Assembly: GCA_964658305.1 (NCBI GenBank)
Contig: OZ210884.1
Coordinates: forward strand, 1,984,001-2,048,000
Length of the DNA stretch: 64,000 nt
Direction: 5' to 3'
Source of the DNA: Leptogorgia sarmentosa
Lineage: Eukaryota
Part shown: in pieces, positions 12,340 to 26,813 of the stretch
How positions within the stretch are numbered: position 1 is the stretch's first letter
Layout of the letters: each line of letters begins with the position of its first letter
Position numbers and translations under genes: made by a program
The notes under the pieces: model-generated
Seen by the model: only the letters and a program-made list of their open reading frames with translations
Told to the model about the DNA's origin: nothing
Databases searched by the model: none

Positions 12340-13845
12340 AAAATAGCTAGTTCGTTAGTTCGATTATTAATGTTTAAAGACATCAGCACTGAATCAATAA
12401 GTGTGTGTAATAGACCTCTCTACACCAACCGGGGAAAAAGCTATTTTCTACTAAACGAACATTTCCGGGCGAAAAGGGAAACAGGCAACCTGATTTGCTG
12501 GTGACAGGCACTGACAAATACACCATCTAATCACATTCGCCTTTTCAATTCGCTATCCGAACGAATGATCTAATCGCCTTTTCGAAAACGGACTTAGTGT
12601 TTACAACAGTTCCCAAACAAGTTAAGAACGTTAAGTAGTTCAATGTTCATGCATATTTTCAGGCACTTACCCGTTCAGAATTTGCAATACAATATATGCT
12701 CTAGGTTTTCCAAATTTGCGTAGTTTTGGCCCTGTCGACCTCCAAGCGTAAAGACTCGATGCCAAGTGAGGAATAGCGATATTATCTGAATGTTTAAGTT
12801 GACACAATTGTATGGCTTTGTTCAAATTCTGAATAAAATATAATAAAAGGTACGTGATTGGTGCAAAAAAGTATCGTGGGAGGAGTTAGTTCATAGGTGT
12901 GCCGAAGAAAGCCAATCAGTAAACGAACACATTTAATTTAAAGATAAAGTTTGCTAAAGTTAAAAAATCCCACGCGTTTGCCTGGTAGTTGCAAAAATCT
13001 CCGAATTTATTTGAATACTTAGAAACTTACTTGAATGCAGATGATAGCTATTATATTCTATTAGTGTTACTCCACGAGATTGCATATTTTAAACGATCCA
13101 AAAGTAATCATTCAAGGAAAAGATTCAGAAGGCCATGTATCGAATTCTAAACACGTTTAACGGATCATTAATGTTTAAAGACATCAACACTGAATCATAA
13201 ATGTGTGTTATAAGCCTCTCTACACCAACCGGAAAAAAAGCTATTTTCGCCTAAGCGAACATTTTCGCGCGAAAAGGGAAACAGGCAACCTGATTTGCTG
13301 GTGACAGGACTGACAAATACACCATCTAATCACATTCGCGTTTTCGCGTTTTCGATTCGCTATCCGCACGAATGATCTAATCGCCTTTTAGAAAACGGAC
13401 TTAGTGTTTACAAAAGTTCCCAAACAAGTTAAGAACGTTATGTAGTTCAATGTTCATGCATATTTCCAGGCACTTACCCGTTCAGAATTTTCAATACAAT
13501 ATATGCTCTAGGTTTTCCAAATTTCCGTAGTTTTGGCCCTGTCGACCTCCAAGCGTAAAGACTCGATGCCAAGTGAGGAATAGCGATATTATCTGAATGT
13601 TTAAGTTGACACAATTCTATGGCTTTGTTCAAATTCTGAATAAAATATAATAAAAGGTACGTGATTGGTGCAAAAAATTATCGTGGGAGGAGTTAGTTCA
13701 TAGGTGTGCCGAAGAAAGCTAATCAGTAAACGAACACATTTAATTTAAAGATAAATTAAAGTTTGCTAAAGTTCAAAAATCCCACGCGTTTGCCTGGTAG
13801 TTGCAAAAATCTCCGAATTTATTTGAATACTTAGAAACTTACTTG
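12340..13845. repeat. Tandem duplication of an approximately 680-bp block
   Basis: About 12360-13035 is repeated at about 13160-13845 with high identity. Confidence 0.85.
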
Positions 13846-14649
13846 AGACATTAATTTCTTTAAAATGTTTAATGTTTTGAAATTAATATGGTTGCTAGAA
13901 AACGTTCCACCAAATAAGCGAAAAAGTTCAGAATTTGCGAAATAATTATTTGTTATGAACCCCAATCAAGCATGCATGCGTTAATGGAATGTATACTAGG
14001 TGCAACAAATGAGTGATTCGAACGCTGGGAAACTAGCATATAGTGTCAAGAAATTGCGATAATTGTTGAACACAGACTACATAGAGACATTTTTGGTTGA
14101 AATATTGGCCCTATAGGAACAAAATGTATCTAACTCCCATACAAATGCCATAGTGTAAACTGAGCAAAACGGAGACAATAAAACAAAAAGAGATAAAGAT
14201 ATCGTAGAGAATAAACATCGAGGCTATAGAAACTATAAATGGCCAATTTTAGCATTTCAATCACTTTCCACTACAGGGTGTATTTTAAATGCAAGACTCT
14301 TTGAAATTCAAATGAAAAGAAAATTGTTGAGTAACTTTTGTAAAGGTCTAAGTGCAACTGTCAGGTCATTTAGACAACCTAGGAGGTTCACTCAATCCAC
14401 GTTTCGTTTTAAACCTCAGCAGTTAACGAGAGTTAAGTTTTCGTTGTGATAAAATTAAGTGATTTCGATCAATTGCTGACATCTTTTGAACTTATGATTG
14501 TCATTGCCAGCAATTGAAAAAAAAAAAATGACTGTTTATTAGCATTGTTCCATAAATGAAATGTCATTTCTCTGGGTGTGAAGATTTTAATAATTATGTT
14601 GTATAATATACTAGATATTAGCATTTCCACTTGATACAAAGAATATTAG

Positions 14650-14782
14650 GCCGGTTTCATATGCCGAATTTTGGTCGCATCGAATGCAATTCAAACAATA
14701 AATATAATGAAGTTGGTCATCTCATTATCCATTGTTTGAATTGCATTCGACGCAACGAAAATTCGACGTCTAAAACAGGCCT
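14650..14782. mobile_element. Palindromic PIF/Harbinger-like MITE, about 130 bp
   Basis: tta|ggccggtttca...aaacaggcc|tta. Further copies or relatives at about 15522, 17243, 18113, 27605, 29365, 40980, 41715 and 42159. Confidence 0.7.
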
Positions 14783-15066
14783 TAAATAAATTATTTACCA
14801 TTGTACCGTAAGTGAAAATTCCGTTCTCTAAGGAGAACTTTTCAAGAGCTTAGTTTGCTACTACGTGACGATTCATAACCTCTTTGTAATTCTATTATTA
14901 CTAAACTAAACCGTAAATCAAGCATGCGTTAATGCAATGTACTAGGTGCAACAAATGAGTTGTTCGAACACTGCAAAACTAGCATATACTAGTGTCAAGA
15001 TATTGCGATAATTGTTGAACACAGACTACATAGAGAGATTTTTGGTTGACATATTGGCCCTATAGG

Positions 15067-15238
15067 CAGGGCCGTCGCTAGAACGTTCATTGTGGGGGTG
15101 CATATTCATATTTTAGCGTTCTGCCGACTAATTTCTTTAGAAATTAATTCATAAACAACTGAGTTCAAAAGAAATCAGTCGGCAGAACGCCAAAATATGA
15201 CTATGCACCCCCCAATTAACGTTCTAGCGACGGCCCTG
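15067..15238. mobile_element. hAT-type MITE (CAGGGCCGTCGCTAGAAC family)
   Basis: Long TIRs and an 8-bp target duplication CCTATAGG. Empty sites at about 14110 and 45103. Confidence 0.9.
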
Positions 15239-17657
15239 CCTATAGGAACAAAATGTATCTAACTCCCACACAAATGCCTTGGAGTAAACTGAGCAAAACG
15301 AAGACAATAAGACAAGAAGAGATAAAGATATCGTGAAGATAAACTTCGAAACTTTAGAAACTATAATTGGCCAATTTTGGCATTTCAATCGCCTTGCGCT
15401 ACAGGGTATATTTGGAATGTAGACTCTTTGAAATTCAAATGAAAAGAAAATTTTTTAGTAACTTTTGTAAAGGTCTAAGTGCAACTGTCAGGTCATTTGG
15501 ACAACCCAACAAAGAATATTAGGTCGGTTTCATATGTCGAATTTTGGTCGCATCGAATGCAATTCAAACAATAAATATAATGAAGTTGGTCATCTCATTA
15601 TCCATTGTTTGAATTGCATTCGATGCGACGAAAATTCGACGTCTAAAACGGGCCTTAAAATAAATTATTTACCATTGTACAGTAAGTGAAAATTCCGTTC
15701 TCTAAGGAGAACTTTCCAAAAGCTTAGCTTGCTACTACGTGACGATTCATAACCTCTTTGTAATTCTATTATTACTAAACCAAACCGGCGCGATTTGAAA
15801 CGATACAAGAATAATTAATTCCTTTTCCAGTTGTAGCTACATGTCCTGGCATCTTATGAAAAGGGATATAGCAATACATGAAATGGGATTGGAACTAAGT
15901 TTCGGAAATGTTCAATAAATATGAAAACTCATGGCTTATATGCTGTAAACACTGAACGCAATCCAAATGAATAAACTTGCAGCAAAGAAACTGGCTATAG
16001 CACACCAAAGCGAATAAAACTACGACACATACAAAAGATTGAATATCGTCTGCATGAAATGATAAGAATAGATGAAAATAATAACCTTCACAGCTACGTT
16101 GGCAATAGATGAAGAGATAAAGTTATAATTAACTACATGTATTCCGAAACGTGACTTCAAACGTTTCTACTTAACATTTAAATCTCAATAATTACTCTTT
16201 TCCTATGCACCCTGAAGCGCCAATTGTTTCAAATGACGACATTAGCAAGTTATAATTAACTATGTATTCCCAAACGTGACTTCAAATGTTTCTACTTAAC
16301 ATTTAAATCTCAATAATTACTCTTTTCCTATGCACCCTGTAGCGCCAAGTGTTTCAAATGACGACATTAGCCATTGGCTAAGATTAATTTCCGGAGTGCC
16401 GATTTTAATCTCTTGGCAACGTCAGTGATGTTATTATCGTTCTATTCTTTATCTGCTATTTTCATGGGGAGTTAGTAAGAAAAATTTCTATCTCACCTAA
16501 GCAAATTCTGGACTTAAACAAAATCTAGAACCAATCGTACTGGGCCGCTATGGCTAATATTAGTATTGATTCTTCTTTGGGGTCAAGTTGAATGGGAAGT
16601 GAGCAAATATTTAGATCATTCTTACAAAACTAACGCCATGAACTTCTGATTCCTGAGGCTTTTTTCATAATTATTCTGAATAAAATATAATAAAAGGTAC
16701 GTGATTGATGCAAAAAATTATCGTGGGAGGAGTTAGTTCATAGGTGTGCCGAAGAAAGCCAATCAGTAAACAAACACATTTAATTTAAAGATAAATTAAG
16801 AAACTATAATTGGCCAATCAAGGCATTTCAATCACTTTGCACTACAAGGTGTATTTGGAATGTAGACTCTTTGAAATGCAAATGAAAAGAAAGTTTTTGG
16901 GTAATTTTGTAAAGGTCTAAGTGCAACTGTCAGGTCATTTAGACAACCTAGGAGGTTCACTCAATCCACGTTTCGTTTTAAATCTCAGCAGTTAACGACA
17001 GTTAAGTTTTCGTTGTGATAAAATTAAGTGATTTCGATCAATTGCTGACATCTTTTGAACCTATGATTGTCATTGCCAGCAAATGAAAGAAACATGACTG
17101 TTTATTAGCATTGTTCCATAAATGAAATGTCATTTCTCTGGATGTGAAGATTTTAATAATTATGTTGTATAATATACTGGTATATAATACGTAAATAATA
17201 TGTGTATAATATTACCATTTCCACTTGATACAAAGAATATTAGGCCGGTTTCATATGTCGAATTTTGGTCGCATCGAATGCAATTCAACCAATAAATATA
17301 ACGAAGTTGGTCATCTAATTGCCCATTGTTTGAATTGCATTCGACGAAAATTCGACGTCTAAAACGGGCCTTAAATAAATTATTTACCATTGTACAGTAA
17401 GTGAAAATTCCGTTCTCTAAGGAGAACTTTCCAAAAGCTTAGCTTGCTACTACGTGACGATTCATCAACTCTTGGTAATTCTATTATTACTAAACTAAAC
17501 CGTAAATCAAGCATGCAAATTAATGCAATGTACTAGGTGCAACAAATGAGTTGTTCGAACACTGCAAAACTAGCATATACTAGTGTCAAGAAATTGCGAT
17601 AATTGTTGAACACAGACTACATAGAGAGATTTTTGGTTGACATATTGGTACTATAGG

Positions 17658-17829
17658 CAGGGCCGTCGCTAGAACGTTCATTGTAGGGGTGCATATTCAT
17701 ATTTTAGCGTTCTGCCGACTAATTTCTTTAGAAATTAATTCATAAACAACTGAGTTCAAAAGAAATCAGTCGGCAGAACGCCAAAATATGACTATGCACC
17801 CCCCAATTAACGTTCTAGCGACGGCCCTG
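17658..17829. mobile_element. hAT-type MITE, copied with the 2.6-kb tandem duplication
   Basis: Same element and flanks as 15067-15238. Confidence 0.9.
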
Positions 17830-20204
17830 CCTATAGGAACAAAATGTATCTAACTCCCACACAAATGCCTTGGAGTAAACTGAGCAAAACGAAGACAATA
17901 AGACAAGAAGAGATAAAGATATCGTGAAGATAAACTTCGAGGCTTTAGAAACTATAATTGGCCAATTTTGGCATTTCAATCGCCTTGCGCAACAGGGTAT
18001 ATTTGGAATGTAGACTCTTTGAAATTCAAATGAAAAGAAAATTTTTTAGTAACTTTTGTAAAGGTCTAAGTGCAACTGTCAGGTCATTTGGACAACCCAA
18101 CAAAGAATATTAGGTCGGTTTCATATGTCGAATTTTGGTCGCATCGAATGCAATTCAAACAATAAATATAATGAAGTTGGTCATCTCATTATCCATTGTT
18201 TGAATTGCATTCGATGCGACGAAAATTCGACGTCTAAAACGGGCCTTAAAATAAATTATTTACCATTGTACAGTAAGTGAAAATTCCGTTCTCTAAGGAG
18301 AACTTTCCAAAAGCTTAGCTTGCTACTACGTGACGATTCATAACCTCTTTGTAATTCTATTATTACTAAACCAAACCGGCGCGATTTGAAACGATACAAG
18401 AATAATTAATTCCTTTTCCAGTTGTAGCTACATGTCCTGGCATCTTATGAAAAGGGATATAGCAATACATGAAATGGGATTGGAACTAAGTTTCGGAAAT
18501 GTTCAATAAATATGAAAACTCATGGCTTATATGCTGTAAACACTGAACGCAATCCAAATGAATAAACTTGCAGTAAAGAAACTGGCTATACCACACCAAA
18601 GCGAATAAAACTACGACACATACAAAAGATTGAATATCGTCTGCATGAAATGATAAGAATAGATGAAAATAATAACCTTCACAGCTACGTTGGCAATAGA
18701 TGAAGAGATAAAGTTATAATTAACTACATGTATTCCGAAACGTGACTTCAAACGTTTCTACTTAACATTTAAATCTCAATAATTACTCTTTTCCTATGCA
18801 CCCTGAAGCGCCAATTGTTTCAAATGACGACATTAGCAAGTTATAATTAACTATGTATTCCCAAACGTGACTTCAAATGTTTCTACTTAACATTTAAATC
18901 TCAATAATTACTCTTTTCCTATGCACCCTGTAGCGCCAAGTGTTTCAAATGACGACATTAGCCATTGGCTAAGATTAATTTCCGGAGTGCCGATTTTAAT
19001 CTCTTGGCTACGTGATGTTATTTTTGTTCTATTCTTTATCTGTTATTTTCGTGGGGAGTTAGTAAGAAAAATTTCTGTCTGACCTAAGCAAATTCTGGAC
19101 TTAAACAAAATCTAGAACCAATCGTACTGGGCCGCTATGGCTAATAGTATTGATTCTTCTTTGGGGTCAAGTTGAATGGGAAGTGAGCAAATATTTAGAT
19201 CATTCTTACAAAACTAACGCCATGAACTTTTGCAGCAATAATACTGTAATCATAAACTCAATTTTTGTTCTTCTGACAATAGTAGCTAAACATGCGCATT
19301 TCTCCAGGAAATGACGAAGGAAATCATTAACTCCTAAACGGAGAAGAGCACCCGTAAATAAGCCTGAATAACTATAGCTAGTAGAAGTGAAAATTCAGGC
19401 TTGAAATCCAAGATTATAGCAATTTGACTTGTTTGGCGCTATATATACAGTAGGATGTACAAAAAACGTTAAAAAAATTGAAATTAAAATTACTTGAAAT
19501 TTTTATAGCAATATTTTAATGGTTGTTGAGAAGTCTCGTTCAAGGATCAAGAATATATAATGAATAATAACCTTATCTCTACAGGTATTACAAACGTGGC
19601 GCTGTAGTATATTATCTTTTAGAGAAGATATTTTAATTAAATTTTTCCGTGCGCTTGATTATAGTGATTTTATGTGCCAACTGGTGCATTCGTTGATGTT
19701 GTTTTGTACGAGGCACGTTGCTTAATACGGTAATGCTTATTTTCATATCAACCTTCCCAAAACTTAGTTGTAATCCTATAGTAGGCGAAAAACTGGAGGC
19801 TTTGGAAATTAGCATAAGAGATGGCAGACAATGCCACACGGTGTATAGATTTGTACAAACTTCTGGAATAATATTTTACAGGTTTGACTGGTATCTGGTA
19901 ATAAATAAGACATGTTGTTGAATATCTTGTTTTTTAGCTACCTTAATATGTACATGTATTACCGATGCACGATAATGAACAATTAACAATGATTATTCCG
20001 TTGTCAAGATGATGATCACCGAGGCAGTGATTACTCGCCTCTGCTTGTTTCATGTTTTCAAACAGTTTTGAACAACGTATGAAAAACGTGGATTATATGT
20101 ACGGTTCGTTGAAATGTTGTTCCAGCTACACGATACACTCTTGATGTCGTGTTTTGATAAATATAGGCAAAAAGCATTGTGTAACAAAAACGCGTTCAAG
20201 TATA

Positions 20205-20585
20205 TTAAACAATTATTGAGGTCGAGTAGGATACATGAGGAATTATCAAGGCCAAAACTTGTGTTCTTTGCCGAAGCCTGATGCGAAAAACACAAACCGA
20301 GGCCAAAATAATTCAGTATATCGTACGAGAACCGAATTCAGTTATTGTTTTATTATTAATTTTACTTGTCTCTTTATTGTACTTAGGGTAAACGCATTCT
20401 ACACAACAGGCTTTCTTTGAGAAAGCCAATTATATTTTTCAGCTTTTGGCATAAGTAGCATAAGTTAGTCGACGTCATAGTGTCATAATATTTCCAATAT
20501 ACGATATAATTACGTCATAATGCCGTATATGACGATTTCGCACCCACTGCTCTTATCCAATCAAAACTCTTGAATTATTTGAAAT
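20205..20585 (+). mobile_element. Degenerate hairpin-ended element
   Basis: taaacaattattgagg start, gccgaagc-type hairpin, and a ccaatca box near the far end. Boundaries approximate. Confidence 0.5.
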
Positions 20586-23392
20586 AAACTAGAAATACAT
20601 ACATGCAGCAACCCCTCGCTCGTCATATTACTAACGTACCAAGACTACATTCAACTCAATGCACCTATATTCTAACAACATGAAAGCATTTGCATGCGCA
20701 AAGTAGGAGGCTGTAGGTTTCTTTTCAACGAAATGGCTGCCGTAGGAGTGAGCACGGTTGGCTAAATACAGGAATCGCACATTGGTTGAGAGGTCCTGGG
20801 TCAAGTAATATTTGTAATTCTGATTCTAAACGTAAAAGTATTTTCTTACACCTTTTTCTTTCCTAATTTTCACCCAAACCGAGGCTGTCTTCAGCCCGTC
20901 TGAATTGAATTCAGAATTTTTTTCCCGCCATTCGGATGTTTTAATTTTGCGTGGGGTCTCGCGTGTAGTTGTTGGAGCAAACGGGACATTTCTACTGAGC
21001 TATATTAAATTTCGTTTTAAAACGCCACTTTCACGTCGTGGATTGAACATTCTTGTAAGTGAGAAACTGCAATACTGTTAGTCATATTGTCGCATTATTT
21101 GACCCAATGTTACTCACATTTCCCTAAACTGGCAACCTCTACTCCGCCGGTTCACCTATGATAAACTAGGATATACTCCCCCTCGGTTTACGAAAAAAAA
21201 ACTAGTCCACGGTCCACAGTTCACAGTCCATAGTCCAGTCCAGGTTTTAGCACATGCCATCAGGCCAAGCTAGAATCTTTTACACAATATCAAAGAAAAG
21301 CAACTTTTTGAGTTTGCTGTAAATAACCTAAAGAACCTTCAGCCATACCGTATAAAGCTATTTATTACAAAACATAAACAAGATGAACATTCTATTCAAC
21401 ACAATTCAGCCTATGGCTGCAAGGTTTAACAATTAAATATCTATCTATCTATCATCTAAAAACGAACTTTAATTTGTACTTCAGCAATAATTACAGTAAA
21501 CACATTTAATTATTACTCCAGCATTTCGGAAAGAATTAAAACACTTTTAATAATTTCATCAAAAAATCTACAAATAATAAACCTCGAAACGATGCATATT
21601 TATGTCATATTTAATTGTTTCCACCGAAACTGATTCGTTCGGATTCCATACCCTTGTAAGCATTGCAGTAAAGTTGGCCTAAAAAATTAAATAGAATTTT
21701 ATAAACATCAAATGAATGTACAATAAACATAAATTTTGTGTTTCGTAGGCACTCATACGAACAGATTTATTTTACAACTACACTTATGACATAAACTCAC
21801 TGAAGAGTGAAACAGATGTTCCTTTAAATTTCAAATTTTCTGTCTTTTAAGGGAGCCCCATCCCCTCTTCACGAACTATTACAATCGAGGCCGCAAAACC
21901 TAAATAGACTGGTGAACGATAGCTTGTATTGAATAACTATTCACGGGCCATTTGTATGCAGGTATTGTATAATCATAGCATTTCGTGGTTGATTAATTCG
22001 CAGTTGTTGCAAATTCAAAGAGCCAAGAGAATCTGTAAAGATCATGGTGATGATAAGACGAAATGACGTTGCGTTAGCAACGGTGAATATTTATTATGAC
22101 GACGTTTAAATGTTCGTTAAAATGTCCTGCCCAGGCTGATATCATTTGAGACTGTGTGTATGTATATACAGTGGAAAAATCATGCAACAGAACACAGCTG
22201 GCCGAACAAAAGCTTAAGAAATATTATTGTTATACAATTCACATTCGAAGCTAAAAGCTGCCTAAATGCATGGCTAAAATAAACCAATTTCATTTTATCC
22301 TGGTCAAAACTCAGTCATGTTAACACAAAGTTTCGCATGCACCATGCTTGTGGTTTTTCCCCGTGGACAAGCAAACGTGCTGGGAGCGTTTTTGTTCTAT
22401 TGGAATCACCAAATATCAGTAATTGACAGGGTTATGTGTCAACAACGCAGCCTGCCAATTGAAAAGTGATGTTGTCTGCTCTGACTGCGCGATACTATGT
22501 CAATAGCTTTTACACATTTAAATAAAGCGAAAAGACATTGCTTTAAAGACATAAAATTCCCTCAAAGTTATCGTTCGTTATACTCTGTCTTATTATCTTT
22601 ACTATATGGGTTAGGGTTATTATTATCTGTCTTATTATCTTTACTATGAACAATGACACACCCATTAATGATTGATAATTTTTCAATGCAATGCAATGCC
22701 TTATCAGAATGATTTTGTAATTTAAGGTGTCATGGGAAAATACAACTCTGTAGCTTCGATTTTTTTTACAATAAAGACGAAAGAGTCCCTAAAGCGCTTT
22801 TGATAACGGACTTCGTGGTATCTAAGCATCAGGCCAAGCCTCTCGTGATTAGCAACATCTGTCGTTCCAGGGCACTCAATTCATGTGTCGACTGTGAAAA
22901 TACTAACGGCTGAGCAATGAAAAAGTTCGAGCATTAGAAATGACAGGAAACACAAATGCATGTGTTATTTTATCTTTATTTGTTCTGTATCTTTAACTAG
23001 AGCACAGACATTCAGGTGGGCTGTTGTTTGAAAACAGATGTTAAGACATTGACATGCGTTGAATATCCCAAATATTTTTTTCCCTTATTGCCTGACAGCT
23101 TTTGTAAAACAAAGTGGACCCAATGCGGACAATTTCGCCTATTGTGTAGCTATTGAAAGCTACATTTGATTGCTTTTGCTTACGCTTTGGATGACAGACC
23201 AGCATGGGCATTGAGCACAGGCGTGGTGGCCATTAGAGTCATTGTCTAGTCTCGAAATTTGTTCACCAAACTCACCAACTGAATTAACGAAATAAGCTGA
23301 GCCTTGTGCGCACTTGTCGATGCTGTAAAAATATCACTAAATACGAAACAGCATGGTATATTGAGTTGGACGCTTATAGATATTAACTTGAA

Positions 23393-23551
23393 CTATCCTT
23401 CATGTTGATTGAACGTCATTCTATCCAGTCGCTTCCAACAGATACAGCACTTCACGCACGCTTTGTGCCATACTTCGCCATTCTTTCCAGTTATTGGATA
23501 CTTTTCAGCACTGAAAACCTCCCCTCCACAGTTCTGGCAGTTTTCAGACAT
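23393..23551 (-). pseudogene. Truncated LIM-domain (CRIP/CSRP-like) gene
   Basis: MSENCQNCGGEVFSAEKYPITGKNGEVWHKACVKCCICWKRLDRMTFNQHEG* follows CxxC..WHxxCxxCxxC, giving six of eight zinc ligands. A GT-AG 5'UTR intron lies at 23687-23577. Confidence 0.7.
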
Positions 23552-23839
23552 TGTGGTAGGATACCTGCATGTTTACCTGTTGGAAAAAAATTGAAAGAAA
23601 TCGTAATATTTAACACTGAGAGACCTGCTTTGTTTCGTACTACAGTGTTCATGAAATAGAAACACGGCTAGGATGAAACCCACTTACTTTGGTGAAGGAC
23701 AGAATTAGCGTTTCACCAAGTTCGTTAGACACCTTTAGTGGTATCCTTCTCAATACGTAGTAACAGCTCATATAGCAAAGGGAGGGGATTACGAATTCAT
23801 CTCGAGCGTATATCCGTTGCATGTGATGTGCTTGAAATA

Positions 23840-25419
23840 CAGTGCGACCCACGGTATTAGTTTGGTACAATATTAGTGCATTGTAGATTACATGTTTGGA
23901 GGATTAAACATAATAAAAGTGAATTTTGTTTGGTTCATGGTAGAAACAATATTGCAATGATTACATTTCATATTAGTCACGTGACAACAAAATCCAGGTG
24001 TTCCTCCATAAAAGAGGTGGTCCACGCTATTAGTTTCATAAATTGCCGAGCAATATGGGAAGTAGAAAAGACCTAACCTTAACCAAGAAAGCCATTACTA
24101 TGAAAGAAATAGCAATAACCAACACTACAAAAGCAATTTTTGAAAGAGTTGATGGTCATGTTGTGACAATGACAAGATTTTTGCAAAATCCATATTTCAA
24201 TAGGAAACATCATGGTAATCGCGCCGAATAAAACCAGTGTCAAAGCGGGATAGGAGCTGGATAACCAGTAAGTTGCGTAAAATGCCTCCAGCAGCTAGTG
24301 GATAATTTGCCCAGAAAGCTGGTCCGCTCGATCTTCCAAAAACCACTCGCAATCGTGCACCTGCCAAGATGGGTTCCATCTAGATGATATAAACATGACG
24401 CTTTATTATCCACCACAAGTTCTCAATTGGGTTCAAATTTGGCGAGTTTAGTTGCCAAACCATTAAGATTTTGTTCACAAAACCAAACGACTGAAGGGAT
24501 TCCGTTGTTGCCTTTGCTGCATATGACATGCGTTAAGGTAATCTTCTTCAATGTTGCTAAAGGAAGTTTATCCAACCGTGACTCAAGGGATTTCTTCAGG
24601 TAAGGGCAATACGTAGCAGAAGACAACTTCTGACCTTCAGGGATCATCTGCGATGATTCCATTCCTGTTCATAATCCTCCAACACCATGTTGGCGTCTCA
24701 TCCCCTTAGGGCATTCCTCATCGCATCCTTTACTCCAGCCATCTGGACCATCCAGTGTCGACCTTGATTCGTCAGTGAAAAGAACAAACATTGTGTTCGT
24801 CCTCATGTATTTTCTCGCCCATTCCATCCTCAAATGATCGTGTCTAGCAGTAAAAGGTCAACATTTCTTCATTTACTCCATGGAACCTGTCTTCGCAGGT
24901 CCACGATTGCGAGTGGTTTTTGGAAGATCGAGCGGACCAGCTTTCTGGGCAAATTATCCACTAGCTGCTGGAGGCATTTTACGCAACTTACTGGTTATCC
25001 AGCTCCTATCCCGCTTTGACACTGGTTTTATTCGGCGCGATTACCATGATGTTTCCTATTGAAATATGGATTTTGCAAAAATCTTGTCATTGTCACAACA
25101 TGACCATCAACTCTTTCAAAAATTGCTTTTGTAGTGTTGGTTATTGCTATTTCTTTCATAGTAATGGCTTTCTTGGTTAAGGTTAGGTCTTTTCTACTTC
25201 CCATATTGCTCGGCAATTTATGAAACTAATAGCGTGGACCACCTCTTTTATGGAGGAACACCTGGATTTTGTTGTCACGTGACTAATATGAAATGTAATC
25301 ATTGCAATATTGTTTCTACCATGAACCAAACAAAATTCACTTTTATTATGTTTAATCCTCCAAACATGTAATCTACAATGCACTAATATTGTACCAAACT
25401 AATACCGTGGGTCGCACTG
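23840..25419 (-). mobile_element. Tc1/mariner-derived element with about 540-bp inverted arms and decayed transposase
   Basis: TA|cagtgcgaccc...gggtcgcactg|TA. The minus strand of the centre reads WARKYM..VLFTDESRSTLDGPDGW and WQLNSPNLNPIENLW, with stops and frameshifts. Confidence 0.92.
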
Positions 25420-26813
25420 TATATTAGCATGTACATGTAATACTCATATGTATTTTTAATATGAAAACTCATCTCATATGCTGTAAACACTGAACGCAAT
25501 CCAAATGAGTAAACTTGCAGTAAAGAAGCTAGCTGAATACCAAACCAAAGTCATTAAAATTATGACACATACAAAAGATTGAATATCGTCTGCATGAAAT
25601 GATAAGAATGGATGAAATATACTTTACAGCCTGCTACGTTCGATATAGATGTAAAGATGAAGTTATAATTAACTATATATTCCCGAACGTGACTTCCAAA
25701 GTTTCTTCTTGTTTAAATCTCAGAAATCTTTTCTTATGCACCATGTAGCGCCAAGTGTTTCAAATGACAACTTTAGCCATTGGCAAAGATTAATTTCCTG
25801 TTAAGTGCCGATTTTAATCTCTTGGCTACGTGATGTTATTATATCGTTCGATTCTTTATCTGTAATTTTCATGGGGGAGTTAATTAATAAGAGGAATTTC
25901 TAGCTAAACAAAATCTAGACCTAATCGTACTGGCTGCTATGGCTTGTAGTAGTGATCATTCTTTAGGGTCAAGTTGATACTGGGAAGTGAGCCAACATTT
26001 AGATCTTTTCACAGTGCGAAGCGTGCACGAATATTGACACATGATACATTTCAATCATTCTATACACGGGAGTTACCCTTTACTGATTAGTTTACTCATG
26101 CACGCTAATAAAAATTAACAGATCAGGCTGGTTTTTCAGATAAGTTAGTATTTACGCTTGCATAGATCTGATTTTTGAATGTTATTTCTGCAAATACTTG
26201 CATTATATGTACATTATATAATTATGCTAATACTTCCAGTATGGATGATAATAATGTGACATCTAATACATATTTGCAAAACCAAGCGTTGTGAATACTC
26301 TATTTAGCTCCATACAACATCAATCAGCTAAGAACAATCAGTTGCTGCGATTATTAAAATATGCTCAAAATTAATCATTTAATTTGCTTAGAACATTGGA
26401 AGCAGTTGTCACGTTGGCATCCACACTAACTAACCGCAATTTCTAGATTATACTTAAAAGCATGCAACATGTTTTTCGTCTTTGAGACAAAAATTAAATT
26501 AGCGGATTCATTTCCCACTGGGTTTTCTGTGGTTTTCAGTCTACACACTATTAATGAAACTGCAACTAGAAACGCTAATAGTTTGCACATTTTATTAGGG
26601 TATGCAGAATGGAGGAAAAATTCCTTTCAATAGTCGACCCTGCAGTGGAGTGATGGGTGGATATCAATAGCACATCATCATCGCTTACAATCTATATAGA
26701 ATTCCTTTCCGGAGCCGAATATCATTGGTAGCAGAATTATGATAGAACTGAAAGTTGAAAACATCCATACGCATCTAGATACTATTCCTGTTCACCTTTT
26801 CTGCAAAGTATAG

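Larger units (their letters stand above)
14228..19232. repeat. Tandem duplication with a 2591-bp period, plus internal sub-duplications
   Basis: Landmarks at 15067/17658, 15771/18362 and 16021/18612 are all offset by 2591. Confidence 0.9.
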
